A stretch of DNA of 64,000 nucleotides. Origin: Antedon mediterranea. Its lineage: Eukaryota > Animalia > Echinodermata. The DNA lies in assembly GCF_964355755.1 (NCBI RefSeq), contig NC_092674.1, forward strand, positions 28,954,001 to 29,018,000. Reading direction: 5' to 3'. The notes beneath the pieces are model-generated. The model had not been told where the DNA came from and did no database searches. It saw only the letters and a program-made list of their open reading frames with translations. The translations under genes and the position numbers were made by a program. Each line of letters starts with the position of its first letter. Position 1 is the stretch's first letter. Below are positions 63,477 to 64,000 of this stretch, in pieces.

Positions 63477-64000
63477 CTATTAAATAAAAGATATAATATA
63501 TAATAGTATTAGTATTCTAATCTACTAACTAACTAGACTTATTAACTGCATTACAGCACTAACTAAGCTATGGCAAAGAATGCTGACTTGGTCCCTGCCC
63601 ATCCATATATATATGTAGTGAGAGTGAGACAGACACGTCAAATATTATCTTTACAAACATTCACATTTGAATTTGTCAACAGATGAAATTGATCGCAAGT
63701 TTTATTTTAGTCGTGATAAAACCAATTTCTGATTTTTTAATGGAGTGTCGCAAAATACTTTGTCATAAGGCCCAGGCCTAGGCCTAGGCCTATATCATCT
63801 TTTTTAGATTGCCTCCTCCTAGCTAGGAGAGATTATTTTTGGGCAGCAGTGCCACTGCCTATGCAAAATCAAGAAGTTGAAATCACTGCACCACCGGCAA
63901 ACATAATTCTCGTCTCATTCATTAAAAACTATCTGAGCAGTACTAACTGACACTGTACAGACTATAAGGCCTAGGCCTAATAATAGTAGTAAGTTTACTG

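Noticed and set aside
63770-63980. Recurrent TAGGCCTA and TACTGTA/TACAGTA motifs across the window
   Set aside because: Scattered through introns and intergenic DNA without consistent spacing; they look like a genome-wide simple-sequence bias.

Overview
AT-rich, intron-containing animal genomic DNA. A marine invertebrate, possibly an echinoderm, is my guess from composition and repeat content; it is not proven. The first ~42 kb is a tandem duplication (period ~24.3 kb) of two giant sacsin-like genes. Copy 1 is 5'-truncated by the window edge. Copy 2 can be assembled completely from five coding exons (~5,362 aa) and has FOUR GHKL/Hsp90-like sacsin repeats, a J-domain (HPD) and a C-terminal HEPN domain, with no N-terminal ubiquitin-like domain. 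The paralogues are a mosaic of near-identical and strongly diverged tracts and differ at a conserved HEPN arginine. Copy 2 has two perfect NF-kB-type sites upstream. The remaining 22 kb holds TMEM184C (+), PRMT9 (-), NDUFC2 (+) and a CCDC169-like gene (-, partial). Mobile DNA includes a 5'-truncated Penelope-like (RT + GIY-YIG) element with a hammerhead ribozyme, a non-autonomous Helitron, about 10 copies of a palindromic MITE, other TIR elements, tRNA-derived repeats and two minisatellites. No CRISPR, rRNA or intact tRNA was found. All alignments and splice sites were read by eye.
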